A stretch of DNA of 64,000 nucleotides, from NCBI GenBank assembly GCA_030390025.1, contig CM059432.1, positions 117,368,001 through 117,432,000 on the forward strand, in the 5' to 3' direction. Shown piece after piece: positions 1-11,230 of this stretch (positions within the stretch are counted from its first letter, which is position 1; every line of letters begins with the position of its first letter). The DNA comes from Squalus acanthias (taxonomy: Eukaryota). The notes under the pieces were generated by a model. The model searched no databases. It was not told the origin of the DNA and was given only the letters and a program-made list of their open reading frames with translations. The position numbers and the translations under genes are program-made.

Positions 1-1194
1 ATGGTGTGCCTTATCAGCCTGTCAGCACACCAGCCGCCGGTGGGTGGGGAATTTCAGAAATCCCCACCGAACAAAGCAGAGGAGGTATTTGCCACTGTGC
101 CCTCCGCGCCACCCAGCTATTCGGCAACCTGTGTAAGGGAGGAAGTGGTAGAAGTAGAGGGAGAGGTCCCCGAGGTAGGACAGCCCCCTAAAGCAGTAGT
201 GAAGCCGGGACCGTTGTGCCCGCTTACAGGTATCAAGAGGGGCCCGGAGGGAGACAATGGGGAAGAGGGGAATCTCCTCAACCAGCTTGTGTTGCCTCAC
301 AGCGCACACCAGCTGAGGGCTATGATCAGCCACGTACGGAAGCTGTCCGAGTCAGACGACCCTTCCATACATTTCAGGGAGGTAGAGCAGACCGCAGCCA
401 TTAACGGCTGCGACGATGGGGAAAGGGCAAAAATGCTGCTGTTCTCTTTAGACAGCTCGATCCTCCAGTGTCTCTCAGACGCGAGCAAAAGGGGTAATAG
501 GACCTATGAGGAGTTAAGAGATGAGGTCCTGGAAGTGTTGGGGGCGGACGACGAAGGTCCGTTTGTGAGATTGGGACAGACTATGCAGATGGAGGGAGAA
601 CCCCCGAAGGTTTTCGCCAACAGGCTGTGGCCTGTCTATCAGCGTAGTCGCCCAGGCGCGCTCGAGCGCGTTGATTTAGACGGTGTTGGTTTAGCTCACT
701 GGCTCAGATGTATAGTTGCCAACAGCTTACCAGCCGTGAGGGAGCACGGCAAAGCGTGGTTTGATCCCACTAACCCCGCCACAACAGAGGAGTCGGTCCT
801 AAATCGACTCACGGTAGGGTACCGTAATACCAGGAGTACGGGAGCGCGTCCCCTTAAGGGAAAGGTGCATGAGGCACGGCCCACCGCCCCGGCTCAAAAG
901 GAGTGGCATCAGGAGGGAAATCGCGTCCCACAAGCCAGTAATGCTTGTTTCGGATGTGGAAAGACAGGGCACTGGCGCAAGAACTGCAGGAACCCTTGGA
1001 AGGAGTCCAGGGATAAAAATCCCGCAGTCCGAGCCCAGGCGCCTGTCTCTGATAGGGGAGCTGGTGTGCCTATCCATCCCGATGCGATCGAATCAATGTT
1101 GGGGGCCATGCGGACCCTCATGATTTCGCAAGGAAGGGTGGCAGTCGCTACCGGCCCCGCAGATGCCGCAGCCCCGTCCAACAGTACCCAATGA
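1..1194 (+). CDS. gag: Gag, C-terminal part (capsid-like region and one CCHC zinc knuckle)
   Basis: CFGCGKTGHWRKNC knuckle; clear homology to ERV-B Gag (DPSIHF.E.EQ.A.INGCD..E.AKMLLFSLDS); TGA stop at 1192-1194. Confidence 0.9.
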   Translation: MVCLISLSAHQPPVGGEFQKSPPNKAEEVFATVPSAPPSYSATCVREEVVEVEGEVPEVGQPPKAVVKPGPLCPLTGIKRGPEGDNGEEGNLLNQLVLPHSAHQLRAMISHVRKLSESDDPSIHFREVEQTAAINGCDDGERAKMLLFSLDSSILQCLSDASKRGNRTYEELRDEVLEVLGADDEGPFVRLGQTMQMEGEPPKVFANRLWPVYQRSRPGALERVDLDGVGLAHWLRCIVANSLPAVREHGKAWFDPTNPATTEESVLNRLTVGYRNTRSTGARPLKGKVHEARPTAPAQKEWHQEGNRVPQASNACFGCGKTGHWRKNCRNPWKESRDKNPAVRAQAPVSDRGAGVPIHPDAIESMLGAMRTLMISQGRVAVATGPADAAAPSNSTQ

Positions 1195-4100
1195 CTAGAG
1201 CCCGCACAGCCCGTCTACCTGTGTCCGTTCCGCTATGATGCGTGGAAGCGACCCCTGGTGGAGATGGAGGTAGAGAAGCAGAAGGGTAGTTATTTATTGG
1301 ACACGGGAGCTTCATGCACCGTGATTCATACGGATAGCCCCTTTGACTCACCACTGTCCACCAAGGTCCCATACACATTAGCGGGGTTCACAGGGAAAGA
1401 GCAGGCTGGCGTGTTCTCCATTCCGCTCTCCATTCATTTAGGAGCACTCCACACCACGTGGAAGTGCATACTGATGAAATGGCAAGAGGGGGGTGGGAGA
1501 GGCATCCTCGGATCAGATCTCCTATCGGAGCACGGGATCCTCGTGGACCTTAGGAATCACTGTCTCTGGGGAGCCAAGGGTGGAAAAGGCAAGGTAGTGG
1601 TAATCCCGGGGGAGGAAGGTAAAGGGGCCCTGTGTACCATGAAGCCATCCGGAGGCTACGACCTCGGGCTTATGGTCGCGGATGTCCCAACGGACCTGCA
1701 GACGTACGTGTCAGATAATATGCACGTGTTTGCAACCCACAAGCATGATTGTGGGAGGGTTACCGGGTTTGAGGTCAGCGTAGATGGGGACCCCATGATC
1801 CGGCCCCAAAAGCAGTATAACTTCCCCAAAGAAGCAGAACCCGATATGGAGACAGCAATGTCCTCCTTGGTGCAGCAGGGCGTGTTGAGGCCGATAGCCA
1901 CACACGTGAACTCCCCATTATGGCCGGTTAGGAAGCCGGATAATCCGTGGAGGGCCACGGTGGACTACAGAGTCCTTAACATTAACATTCCCGCCTGCGC
2001 ACCCACGGTAGCAGCAGTTGCTGACCTAATAGGGAGTATCCCAGCGTCCGCGACCACGTTCACGGTGCTGGATATCTCGAACGGTTTTTGGTCCATCCCG
2101 CTGCGGCGAGAGGACCAGTACAAGTTTGCCTTTACTTTCAAAGGACAACAGTACACATGGAACTGTCTGCCACAGGGTTTCCACAACAGCCCCAGTATTT
2201 TCCATCAGTGTATGGCAGGAAGTTTAAAGGAGTTTAGTCAGCCTAATCAGATAGTGCAGTACGTGGATGATTTGCTCCTATTTACGGACTCAAGAGAGGA
2301 GCATGGACCACTGCTGGCCGAGTTATTGGAGCTGCTAGCGAGAAAGGGTTTTAAAGTAAACCCTAAGAAAGCACGTATCGGTCAGCAGGAAGTAAAATTC
2401 CTGGGGCTGACCATTCGCGCTGGGGAAAGAGCCATAGATAAGGCTAGGAGGGAGTCGGTGCAAGAGTTACCGATTCCCAACACCATAAGGGGTGTGAGGT
2501 CCTTTTTGGGACTGACGGTTACTGCAGGGATTTTATCGAAGACTATGCGGCCACAGTGGCGCCGCTGCTCCGACTCCTCCATAAGGGAGTGGAGTGGTCT
2601 TGGGACGAGGACTGCCAGGCAGCCTTCGAGAAGTTAAAAAGGGATTTGCAGACCGCGCCAGCTTTAGGGGCCATAGATGGGGGGAAGGAGTTTTTCCTGG
2701 AGGTAGCTGCCAGCGGAGACAGCTTGAGCGCTGTGCTGCTCCAAGAGCGTCACGGCAAGCTGAGGCCGGTTGTCTATTCATCCAGGGTGTTAACGGATGT
2801 GGAGAGGAGTTTCTCCGATTGCGAAAGGCATATATAGCCACGCATTGGGCTGTGAAAAGATCAGCGATCTTCACAGGGCTCTCTCCCATCACTCTCCTCA
2901 CCCATCACACACCAACTAAGAGTGCTTCTAGATGGGAGGATTAAGGATGGGACCGTAAGCAGCGCTCGAATTGCGCGCTGGACCCTTCTCCTTTCCCAGA
3001 TGGATCTTAGAGTTAAAGGTCTTTGCGAGCCCAGGCTTGCGGCCAATTTGGTATACCCCGGTACAGCCCACCAGTGTTCGGTGGAAGGGGTGTGGGAAGT
3101 CAACATAGGTTTACGGGCCGGGATACATCCCACAGGGCGCGAGATTTATGTTGGTGGGTCCAGCACGGTGTCCACTGGCGAACGACTCACAGAGTGTGGA
3201 GTTTATGACCCTGCGGCAGACCTTGCCCTGGCGATTAAGCTCCCCAGCACCATGAGCGCGCAGCAGGCTGAGCTGTCTGCGGTGGTGTACGTTGTTACCC
3301 ACCCAGAAACTTTCCCAACCCCATACACGATTTGCTCGGACAGTATGTTCACATGCAATTCGTGTACGGAATACCTGGTCATTTGGTCCCGCCGTGGATA
3401 CACCTCCGCGGACGGGCGACCTTTAACGGTGAAGCCCTTGCTGGAAAAGATCCTTGCTGCAGTAGGGGAGGAAGGGGAGATTTTCATCCATAAGGTGAAG
3501 GCTCACTCCTCCACAGAGCCCCGTGGGGAGGGCAACCAGCGGGCGGATGCGCTAGCCAGGGAGGGTGCCCGTGACGGCATTTTCTGGGACCCCTATGGGC
3601 CCAGACCCGTGGCAGCGATCCAAGGTAGAGACGGGAATCCCGGGAACACCAGGGTAGCATTGCCCTTTGACCTTAAGACCGTCCAGAACCAAGATCCCGC
3701 CCTAAAGGCAGTTCTCAGAACCATTGCTGAGGGCAAGCAGGTAGTGGGTCCGTACAGTACGGCCACCCTCTCTGTTAAGGAAGGCATGCTGTTCCGCGAG
3801 GAGCAGTGGGTTGTGCCGCAGCAGCACAGGAGGGAATTCCTCCAGTTGGCTCATGAGGGGCCGGGGGCAGAGCACCCCGGGCCCGAGGTTACCTGGCAAC
3901 GGGTAGAGCAGGCGGGATGGTGGCTGGGACTCAGGGAGCAGGTCCGCGAGTTCTGTGCTAACTGTCTCGTGTGCGCTGCAAACAACCCAGACCCCCAGAA
4001 AAGGAAAGTGCCCATGGGGCGCATCAGGAGGGAGGAGGGACCATGGCAGTCGATACAGATCGACTATATAGGGCCCCTGCCCACCACCCAGGGAGGCTAT

Positions 4101-5684
4101 AAATACTGCCTTGTCTTGGTGGATGTGTTTTCCAAATGGGTAGAAGCCTTCCCCTGTAGAACAGCTACGGCACTGGGTACTGCAAAAATCTTGGTCCGGG
4201 AAGTGTTCTCGCAGTGGGGACTCCCCCGTTTCGTGGAGTCAGACCAAGGGAGTCATTTCACCGGTCAGGTGATGCAGAACACCCTCATGCTTTTGGGCAT
4301 TGAAGGGAAGTGGCACGTAGCGCACAATCCCTAGTCATCCGGGTTTGTTGAACGCATGAACCGGACCCTGAAGGAGAAATTGAGGAAAGAGACTATGAAC
4401 TCGCCCCAAAAATGGGCGGAGGTTCTGCCTCTAGTCCTCATGGGGATCCGGGCCAGTCAGTTGAAAGGTACGGGGTATTCCCCGCACGAGGTGATGACTG
4501 GAAGGATCATGCGAACCCCCACCCATGTGCTAGCGCCGGTGCTCACTGAGGGTCAACTCCAAGAGGTAAGCAGGGACAAGTTCGTCCAGACCCTCTTGGA
4601 GCGCCTGAAGCAGGTTTATGAGCAGGCAGCTGGGAACATGGGAAGGCAGCATCAGGGCAATCGCCTGTTGCTGGAACCCTGCAAGAAACAGGAGTGGGAA
4701 ATAGGAGACCAGGTCATGGTCAGAAACTATGCCAGAGTAGGGAGTCTGGAACCACTGTATATGGGGCCCTACGGCATTGTAGATAAGGCGAGTCCCATGG
4801 TATACGCCGTAAAGGTACCTCGGCGCACTAAGTCGTTCCACGTAAATCAGTGCAAACTGTATAAGCCGGGTGCACAAGGGCCAACCACAGGGGCCAAACC
4901 TGCGAGTGGGGACTCGCAGCCCCGGGTAGTGCCACAGGACACACAGGCAGGCAAAGCAGCTTGCATCAGGGGAGAGGACATCCTGGCAAAATGCAGGATC
5001 CTTTATTGGGGTTGGGAGTCAGATGAGGAAGAGTTCGAGGAGCTCGACCAAGATAGTGACACAAGCGAAGAGGAGCTGGAATCGGAGGACGAAAGGGTCG
5101 CCCCCGATTCAGGTAAAGGGGAGACAGGGGCTGCAGATAGAGATCCACACAGGGTGGAGGCCGAAGGTGGAGGTCCCGAACGCAGGGGGGCGGAGCTAGG
5201 GGAGGCGGAGCCAGCCGCTGTGGTGGGACCACAGGGCGTGGCGATGGAAGCCTCAGAGCCCGAGCCACCCGCCTTGAACGTCTTGCCCTCGAGGGAGGTA
5301 GGGACTGCGAGTGAAGGGCCGCCTACTGGGCCAAGTAGGGCGGTGCCACAAGCTGCAGATCCCGAGTTCAGGGAGGCGGAGTCAGGGGAGGCGGAGCCAG
5401 CGACTGTGGTGTGACCACAGGTCGCCACGGTGGAAGTCTCGGAACCCGGTCCGTCAGTCCTGGAGTTCCTGTCCCCGGTAGTTCCCCGTAGGTCAAGTCG
5501 GAAACCCCAGCCCAGGAAGATGTGGATAAGTCCCCCGTATGTCCCTAGGCGTAGGTCCAGGGCTAAGGCAGCCCAGGGAGAGCCCAGTCACAGCGCAGCA
5601 GCAACAGGCTGGGGCAGATCAAAGGGAGGGGTCAATGCCCTCCCACTGTTGGGAGAAGCCTGCGGCAGCAACCGCAGAATTTGA
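1195..5684 (+). pseudogene. pol: pol: protease, RT, tether, RNase H, integrase with a long acidic/basic tail; disrupted
   Basis: LLDTGAS and ILGSDLL (PR); LPQGFHNSP and QYVDDLL (RT); LEVAAS...LSAVLLQ...RPVVYSSR (tether); IYVGGSS/SAQQAEL/SDS/HKVKAH/GNQRAD (RNase H); H..H..CLVC, IDYIGPL, SDQGSHF, VERMN, GPY (IN). Frameshifts near 2520, 2835 and 2920; in-frame stops at 4332 and 5412. Confidence 0.93.
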
Positions 5685-5973
5685 GTAGGCCGCCCTGGGA
5701 ACGGGCGGCACTGTACAGTTATAAGATAAGTGATGAGTTGATAAGTTTTATAAGTTCAAGTTTATAGTTTTAAATCAGGTTAAGTTTGTAGTTAAATTTT
5801 AACAGAAAATGGTAAAATGATGGGAGTTAGAGATAGGAATAGTTAAAGTCTATCCAGTGCACATGTCTTCTTACGTGAGGCGAGGTCAGGGGACCCGCTC
5901 ACCCTTCACAAAAGCCAGAGACTCTTGGGAGGCTGGCTACCTCATTCTATCTGATCACAGGAACCAAGGAAGG

Positions 5974-8296
5974 ATGGAACGGATTCTGGTAGTGCTCGCG
6001 GCAATCGGATGTGGACTGGCCTATCGAGGCCGCACCAAGGATGTCGTGGTGTTTGGATGCTCCGGGGACACGGCCCCCATCGCGGTGGATGGGACCGGAA
6101 GGCGAGAGGCTGAGGAGACCGCCACTTATTTCCACAAGGGAAGGTGGCCAGGATGGCTGGGAACGAATTCAACTGAATATTCCAGTACATCGGGATTTGC
6201 CTATAAAGAGACTTCTTTAATGTGCCCCAAAGTGAGGATCATCGCACCCAGAGTCAGCGTCACCGTCGGCAAACGGATTTGTTTGACTTGTAATGGGAAT
6301 GTCCCATTGAGCCGATGGTGGTGGCTACGAAAGCTGAGCAAAAACATGAGGAACTCTTCGGTCGAGTGGGAGCGACTGGGTAATAATACCCATCGGACAA
6401 TTACGGGGACTAACGGACAATTGAGAGTCTGTTGGGACAAATGGTGGGAACCGGATGAGGGAATTTATGTATGTATGTGGGGGTCAAAGCACGTTTGCCC
6501 CAAAGGCATCTCCACATTTTTCATCAATCAGTGGCAGGATAATGGGAAAGGGATGAGGTGGGATGCAAGCACCAGGGGGTGCGGGGCTCCATACTCTCCG
6601 ATCCCGGTAAATGCCACTGAACTCATTACGCGCCCATGCAAGGTCCCGCCCACAATTCCGGTGGTTCCAGCTAAGGAAGAAGGGTGCCCAAAAACCAGTA
6701 AGGGACCCAGGAATGGTTTGGTACTGGTCCCTACAGACCAGCTACTATTTCAGGGGGTACATTATGCGGTGGCCTCAGTGGTTTTAAACCTCACCAAGGT
6801 GCGGTTGCCGGACTGGTGCCCCAAAGAGACGGAACAGTTGTATCAGGTCCTGTTGACCAAGATGTTTAGGCAATTTTATGAGTTCGATTTCGCGGAAATT
6901 GATAAAAACAAGTTTGTACACCGCACCACATGAAGTTTTGGGTCAGGTGGGGAGACAAAGGAGGGGTGTTGTGAACGACATGTTCACTGCTTTCAATACA
7001 GGTACATCTGTGGTCAACGCTCTAGACAGCGTGGAGCTGCAGACCCAGATTAATGGCTTAAAAACACAATTGGTTGGGTCTGGGTTACATGAGGACCAGG
7101 CCATGACTCTCCATTTAAAAGAAATTATAGCTGAGCTGGAGAAACATGCGCGTACAGTAAATGCCCTGATCAGGGAAGATCGGAATGCGTCCGATCAGGC
7201 TGCGCAGAATGAGGTGTGCGTGCTTTACGGGGCGTGGTTGCTGGGCGAGGGCCGCAGTAATTTGGAGGATTTAAAACAAGGTTTGGTCCCGTCCTGGATA
7301 AGTAACAAACACCTGCAGGCGCTCCACCCTTTTCAGAACGCATTAAGCCCGTGCCAGCTCAGGCTAGCTTCAGAAGCATACCCAGTCCCCGTGGACTGCG
7401 GACGATCGAACCATACCATTATGGGTGTAGTTTTACGTATGCCGGTTTTGGGCGACACAGCAAAGACCGCCCCAGTGTATCGGGTAGAGAACATTGGTGT
7501 CATTCAGGGGGGAGCCCACATTCGCTACGCAGCGGTTCCACCTTACGTCATCCGCTGGGAGCAAACGATGACAGGTACAGATCTTTCTCGTTGTCGTGGC
7601 AGGGGAGCACACATAATCCTGTGTCCCCAGCACTTGAATGCCTTTTTATCACCACAGTGCGGGTTCAGAACGGCTGGCGCCAAGCCCATGAATTGCACCA
7701 TGGAGGCTATGGCACAAGATCATGTGCCGCCGCAGGTGGCATACATAGGGGCTGGAACATATTGCGTTACCACTGAAGCGCTACACTACCAGCATGGAAA
7801 CCATAGCCGGTGTCCGGTGAGTGACAGCAGTTTCTGTTTTAAACCCAGGGCTGAAGTTCAAGTGGCACAGCAGCGAATTGTCCCAATCCCTGAACCATCC
7901 ACTGTTCATCTAACAGTAAAAGAGAATTTTACCGACTTGCAGCGATTCGTCGCGCATTTCGGATACCTCATTCCCCCTCTCCCTGAACACCTCACCAAAC
8001 ATTTGAAGGCCGTTGCGGTTTCGCAGAAACATTTTTATACCCTAGAGCAAAAGACTGTCGAGATAGGGTCAGAAATTATAGACATAGTAATTCCACCATG
8101 GTGGGATCTGTTCACCAACATTGAAGTGCCTTCCTGGATTAGAATAGCCTCCCACATTTTAGTTGTATGCCAAGTGTTTATTGTGATATACTTATTGGTC
8201 ATGCATTGTAAGAGAGGCAAACGCCTCACCAAGAACGAAAGCACGGGAGAGTGGCGAGAGCATTACGTGCGCGTGCATGAAGAAAGCACCGCATAA
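5974..8296 (+). pseudogene. env: env: signal peptide, Ig-like domain, furin site RQRR, F-type class I fusion subunit, TM anchor; one frameshift near 6900-6930
   Basis: MERILVVLAAIGCGLA signal peptide; GRQRR/GVVNDMFTAFNTG cleavage site and fusion peptide; heptad region; Cys-rich ectodomain; hydrophobic ILVVCQVFIVIYLLV. Confidence 0.88.
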
Positions 8297-8398
8297 ACAG
8301 ACGAAATGGCATCACTCCAGTTTTTCCACGTGCACCTCGGAATTGTTGCAATTGATCGTGATTTTTCTCAGAAACTGTAATTAAGTTTGGAACTCTAC

Positions 8399-9291
8399 GG
8401 GGTAAAAATTCAGTTGGTTGCGCCTCCCGTTAGCGCCTTAAGAGGGCGCTAATGGGGCGCAAAGCCGCTAACGCCCGGGCGCAGCGATGTTTGCGCCGCT
8501 CGAGAACTTAACTTGAGATTGTGCGGCGGCGCTAAAACTTACCGCTGCGACCACCTGCGCATGCAGATTGTGACGTCATTCCATGGTGCAACGCCCTTGT
8601 GGCGCACCGGAGCGGAAATTGAGTGGCGCCCCCTGCCTTACCGCCTGGCGCATCCAACGACCAGAAGACTGGAACGCTATCAATCGCTGTGGGGCTGGGG
8701 GTGGCGCTATTTAAAGGGGGCCTCTTCCTATCTTTTATTGTTGGTGGCATTTTTGAACTATGCATTCTGAGAGAGAGAGGGAGAGACTTCTGGAGAGATT
8801 CAACGTTGTGTGAAGGAGTTTTGGGTACTGAGCAGCACTTTGCAGGTTCATTTTGATTTGCCATTCCTTGTATCGATTTAGCAGAGACTGTGGGAGCTGC
8901 ACTCTGAGCTCTTTGCCTGGTACTCTCCATTGTTCTTTCCAGCACATTTGATGTGCAAGTCTCTCCAGGCCAAGATTCAAGGCTGCAATGAACAGGATGT
9001 GGATGGAAAGCAAGATTAACCACCCCCTTTAAGAACTGGCCCGTGCCATTGTGTGTGTGTTCCATTGCTGACTGACATTACATGAGCTTCGCCAGCGCTC
9101 TGAGTTAGCGCCTCACTCCTTGGCCTTTGCGCCTTAAGACAGGTGTGCAGCGCCTGCTTTAGCGCTCCACTCACCTCCCGGGGCGGTAAAAGTGAAGTTT
9201 CCAGTCAGTGCCGATAATTAGCGCCAGGCGCTAATATTTGCGTCCAGACGATATTTGCACCCCAAATGGGGCGCGACCTAATTTCTACCCC
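8399..9291. mobile_element. PIF/Harbinger-type MITE inserted between env and the 3' LTR
   Basis: TIRs GGGGTAAAAATT / AATTTCTACCCC; 3-bp TSD TAC at 8396-8398 and 9292-9294; related copy at 18007-18804 in the opposite orientation. Confidence 0.85.
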
Positions 9292-9625
9292 TACATGTTT
9301 AAGAGTTGTTTTTGATTATTTTGATTTGGTGTTGTTGAATATGATTGTTTGGTTGTTTTTGTTTTCTTTTTCCTTGAATAAAAAATATGCATATGCAGGT
9401 GGTGCAAGAGGCATCGGCCTGGTTACACCTGGAAGGAAATACACGCGGTGTAAGTTGAAGGCAGATGCTGCCTACGGTGTAATAAGAATGTAATTTTCCT
9501 GGGAAATAAGGACGACACGGAGACCCTAGATAGTTTTAAGTTATGGGAATTTTGGATATGGAGAATCGAGATAATATTGCTCACCACAATGTTTTTGATA
9601 CGATAAGCGGAGTTATTCGCATCAA

Positions 9626-9635
9626 CAGGAGGGAC
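9626..9635 (+). promoter_or_regulatory. Polypurine tract of ERV-A
   Basis: CAGGAGGGAC immediately before the LTR TGT; identical to the ERV-B PPT. Confidence 0.8.
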
Positions 9636-11230
9636 TGTGGAATTCGCAAAATTATCGCGATTTTATAATAATAAGAAGGAGACATAAAGTTTCGTATAAA
9701 CAGCTTTATTTCAGCAAAATACTGTCATGTTTCAAAAAGGACACAAGCAGCCTGTAAAATGGCCACCACGCCTCGTGGCAGAATGTTCTAGACTTTCAGT
9801 AGGCAGACAAGATGGCGTTTCAATAAACATTTCAGCAAGATCGGACAGGACTCAGCACATTTGAGATAATGACAAGACGCAATGGGTTTGCATTTCAAAC
9901 ATAAATACTGGAATCGGTTTTCCAGGTACAAACGAGGGCTATTGTACTGAGCGATCAAGGACCCATCCAAAGAAATTGATATGCAAATTCCCCACGGCTC
10001 TACGATGAGAGAGCCGTTCGCGGGTGCTCACAGCAAGCATTTGGAAGCCCCAAAACCCCTCCAGGGAGACTACTAGCCGATTCCACAATGGGAGAAATAT
10101 TAACGGGTACTCAGACAGTTATAAGTATCACCGTAACCCATTAAAGACTGAAATCACCCCATACAAGAAGTTTTGAGCGCCAAAACATGACAAAAGATAG
10201 ACATTAAGATTGGGCGGGAAAAGAGGAATTACAGCACTATAACTGTAAAGTACAACCGTCCATCTCTCTCTTGCTGCTTTGACTCGCTGGAAGGCTGCTG
10301 AACTCTTATTCTCTTGCCTGACGACTCTGGACTCTGATCCGCCAGGATCAACCTCGTGGCTTGCCGCGAAGATCTGTGGAGAACTGGGCTGTGAAGGCCT
10401 GGAAGCGGGCGCACCATCCCGAGAAGTCGGTAAACGGTGTTGGAACCGAAGGCCCGAGAGGAGATGAGATGAGATGAGATGAGAAGAGAAGAAGACGACA
10501 ATATGTATCGCGACGGTCAGTAAACCCCGACCGCGCCTCTAAATATAAGGACCATTTCTTCGAATTCTATCGGCTACTCCACAACTGGTGTCGGTCCGAA
10601 AAGACTCTTCTTTGAGTTTTATCAGAGTTCCGAGGTCAACACAGATCTTCATGACAGCAGACGGTCCAGCCTGCTAGCCGGAGCAGAAGCGAGTAAACAA
10701 GTGGGGTACAGAGACCCCTGATCGACACGTGGATAGTCAGGTGCTGTGGTGAAAACATCCGAGCAGAGTTTCGGAATTCTCCGAGTTATCACGAGTGGTG
10801 AGCATGAGTCTCGATCCTACAAATCTAGATTAGGACAGGTATTGATAGGGGAGGGTTTATGTTTTAAGGATAAATATAATGTGTGTCCCCTTTTTCGATG
10901 TGTCGTGCGCTCCTCGTTTCCCAAGCTTTAGTTACATAACCATGTGTAAGTTTGTACTGTCATTAATCTGTGCTTATGACATGTATTTCGTAGTCTTGAA
11001 TAATATGCAATAAAGATTTTCCATTTCGCACTATTCTACCGGGTCTACCTGAGTTTTCTCTGCATTACTGCTCTCGCACCTAAGTCCAGTGTCAGAACCG
11101 TAACGGCGAGTGGGTCGAACCACTCACAGGTTTCTAGTGTTACCAGGCTGGCTGGAGACCAGAACAGGCAACAAGGCCTAACCCCGCACTAGCACCCAGG
11201 CTAAGCACAGAGCCACCCGAACCCCTTACA
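9636..11230 (+). repeat. 3' LTR of ERV-A (about 1.6 kb)
   Basis: TGT...CCTTACA termini; AATAAA near 11009; collinear homology with the solo LTR at 28075-29714. Confidence 0.85.

Larger units (their letters stand above)
1..11230 (+). mobile_element. ERV-A: endogenous retrovirus-like provirus (lokiretrovirus-like), gag-pol-env-PPT-3'LTR; 5' LTR and gag start lie outside the window
   Basis: Gene order gag/PR/RT/tether/RNase H/IN/env; PPT CAGGAGGGAC at 9626-9635; LTR TGT...TTACA; several frameshifts and stops make it defective. Confidence 0.93.

Noticed and set aside
10459..10485. (GAGAT)n run in the ERV-A LTR
   Set aside because: Short slippage microsatellite, not conserved in the solo LTR
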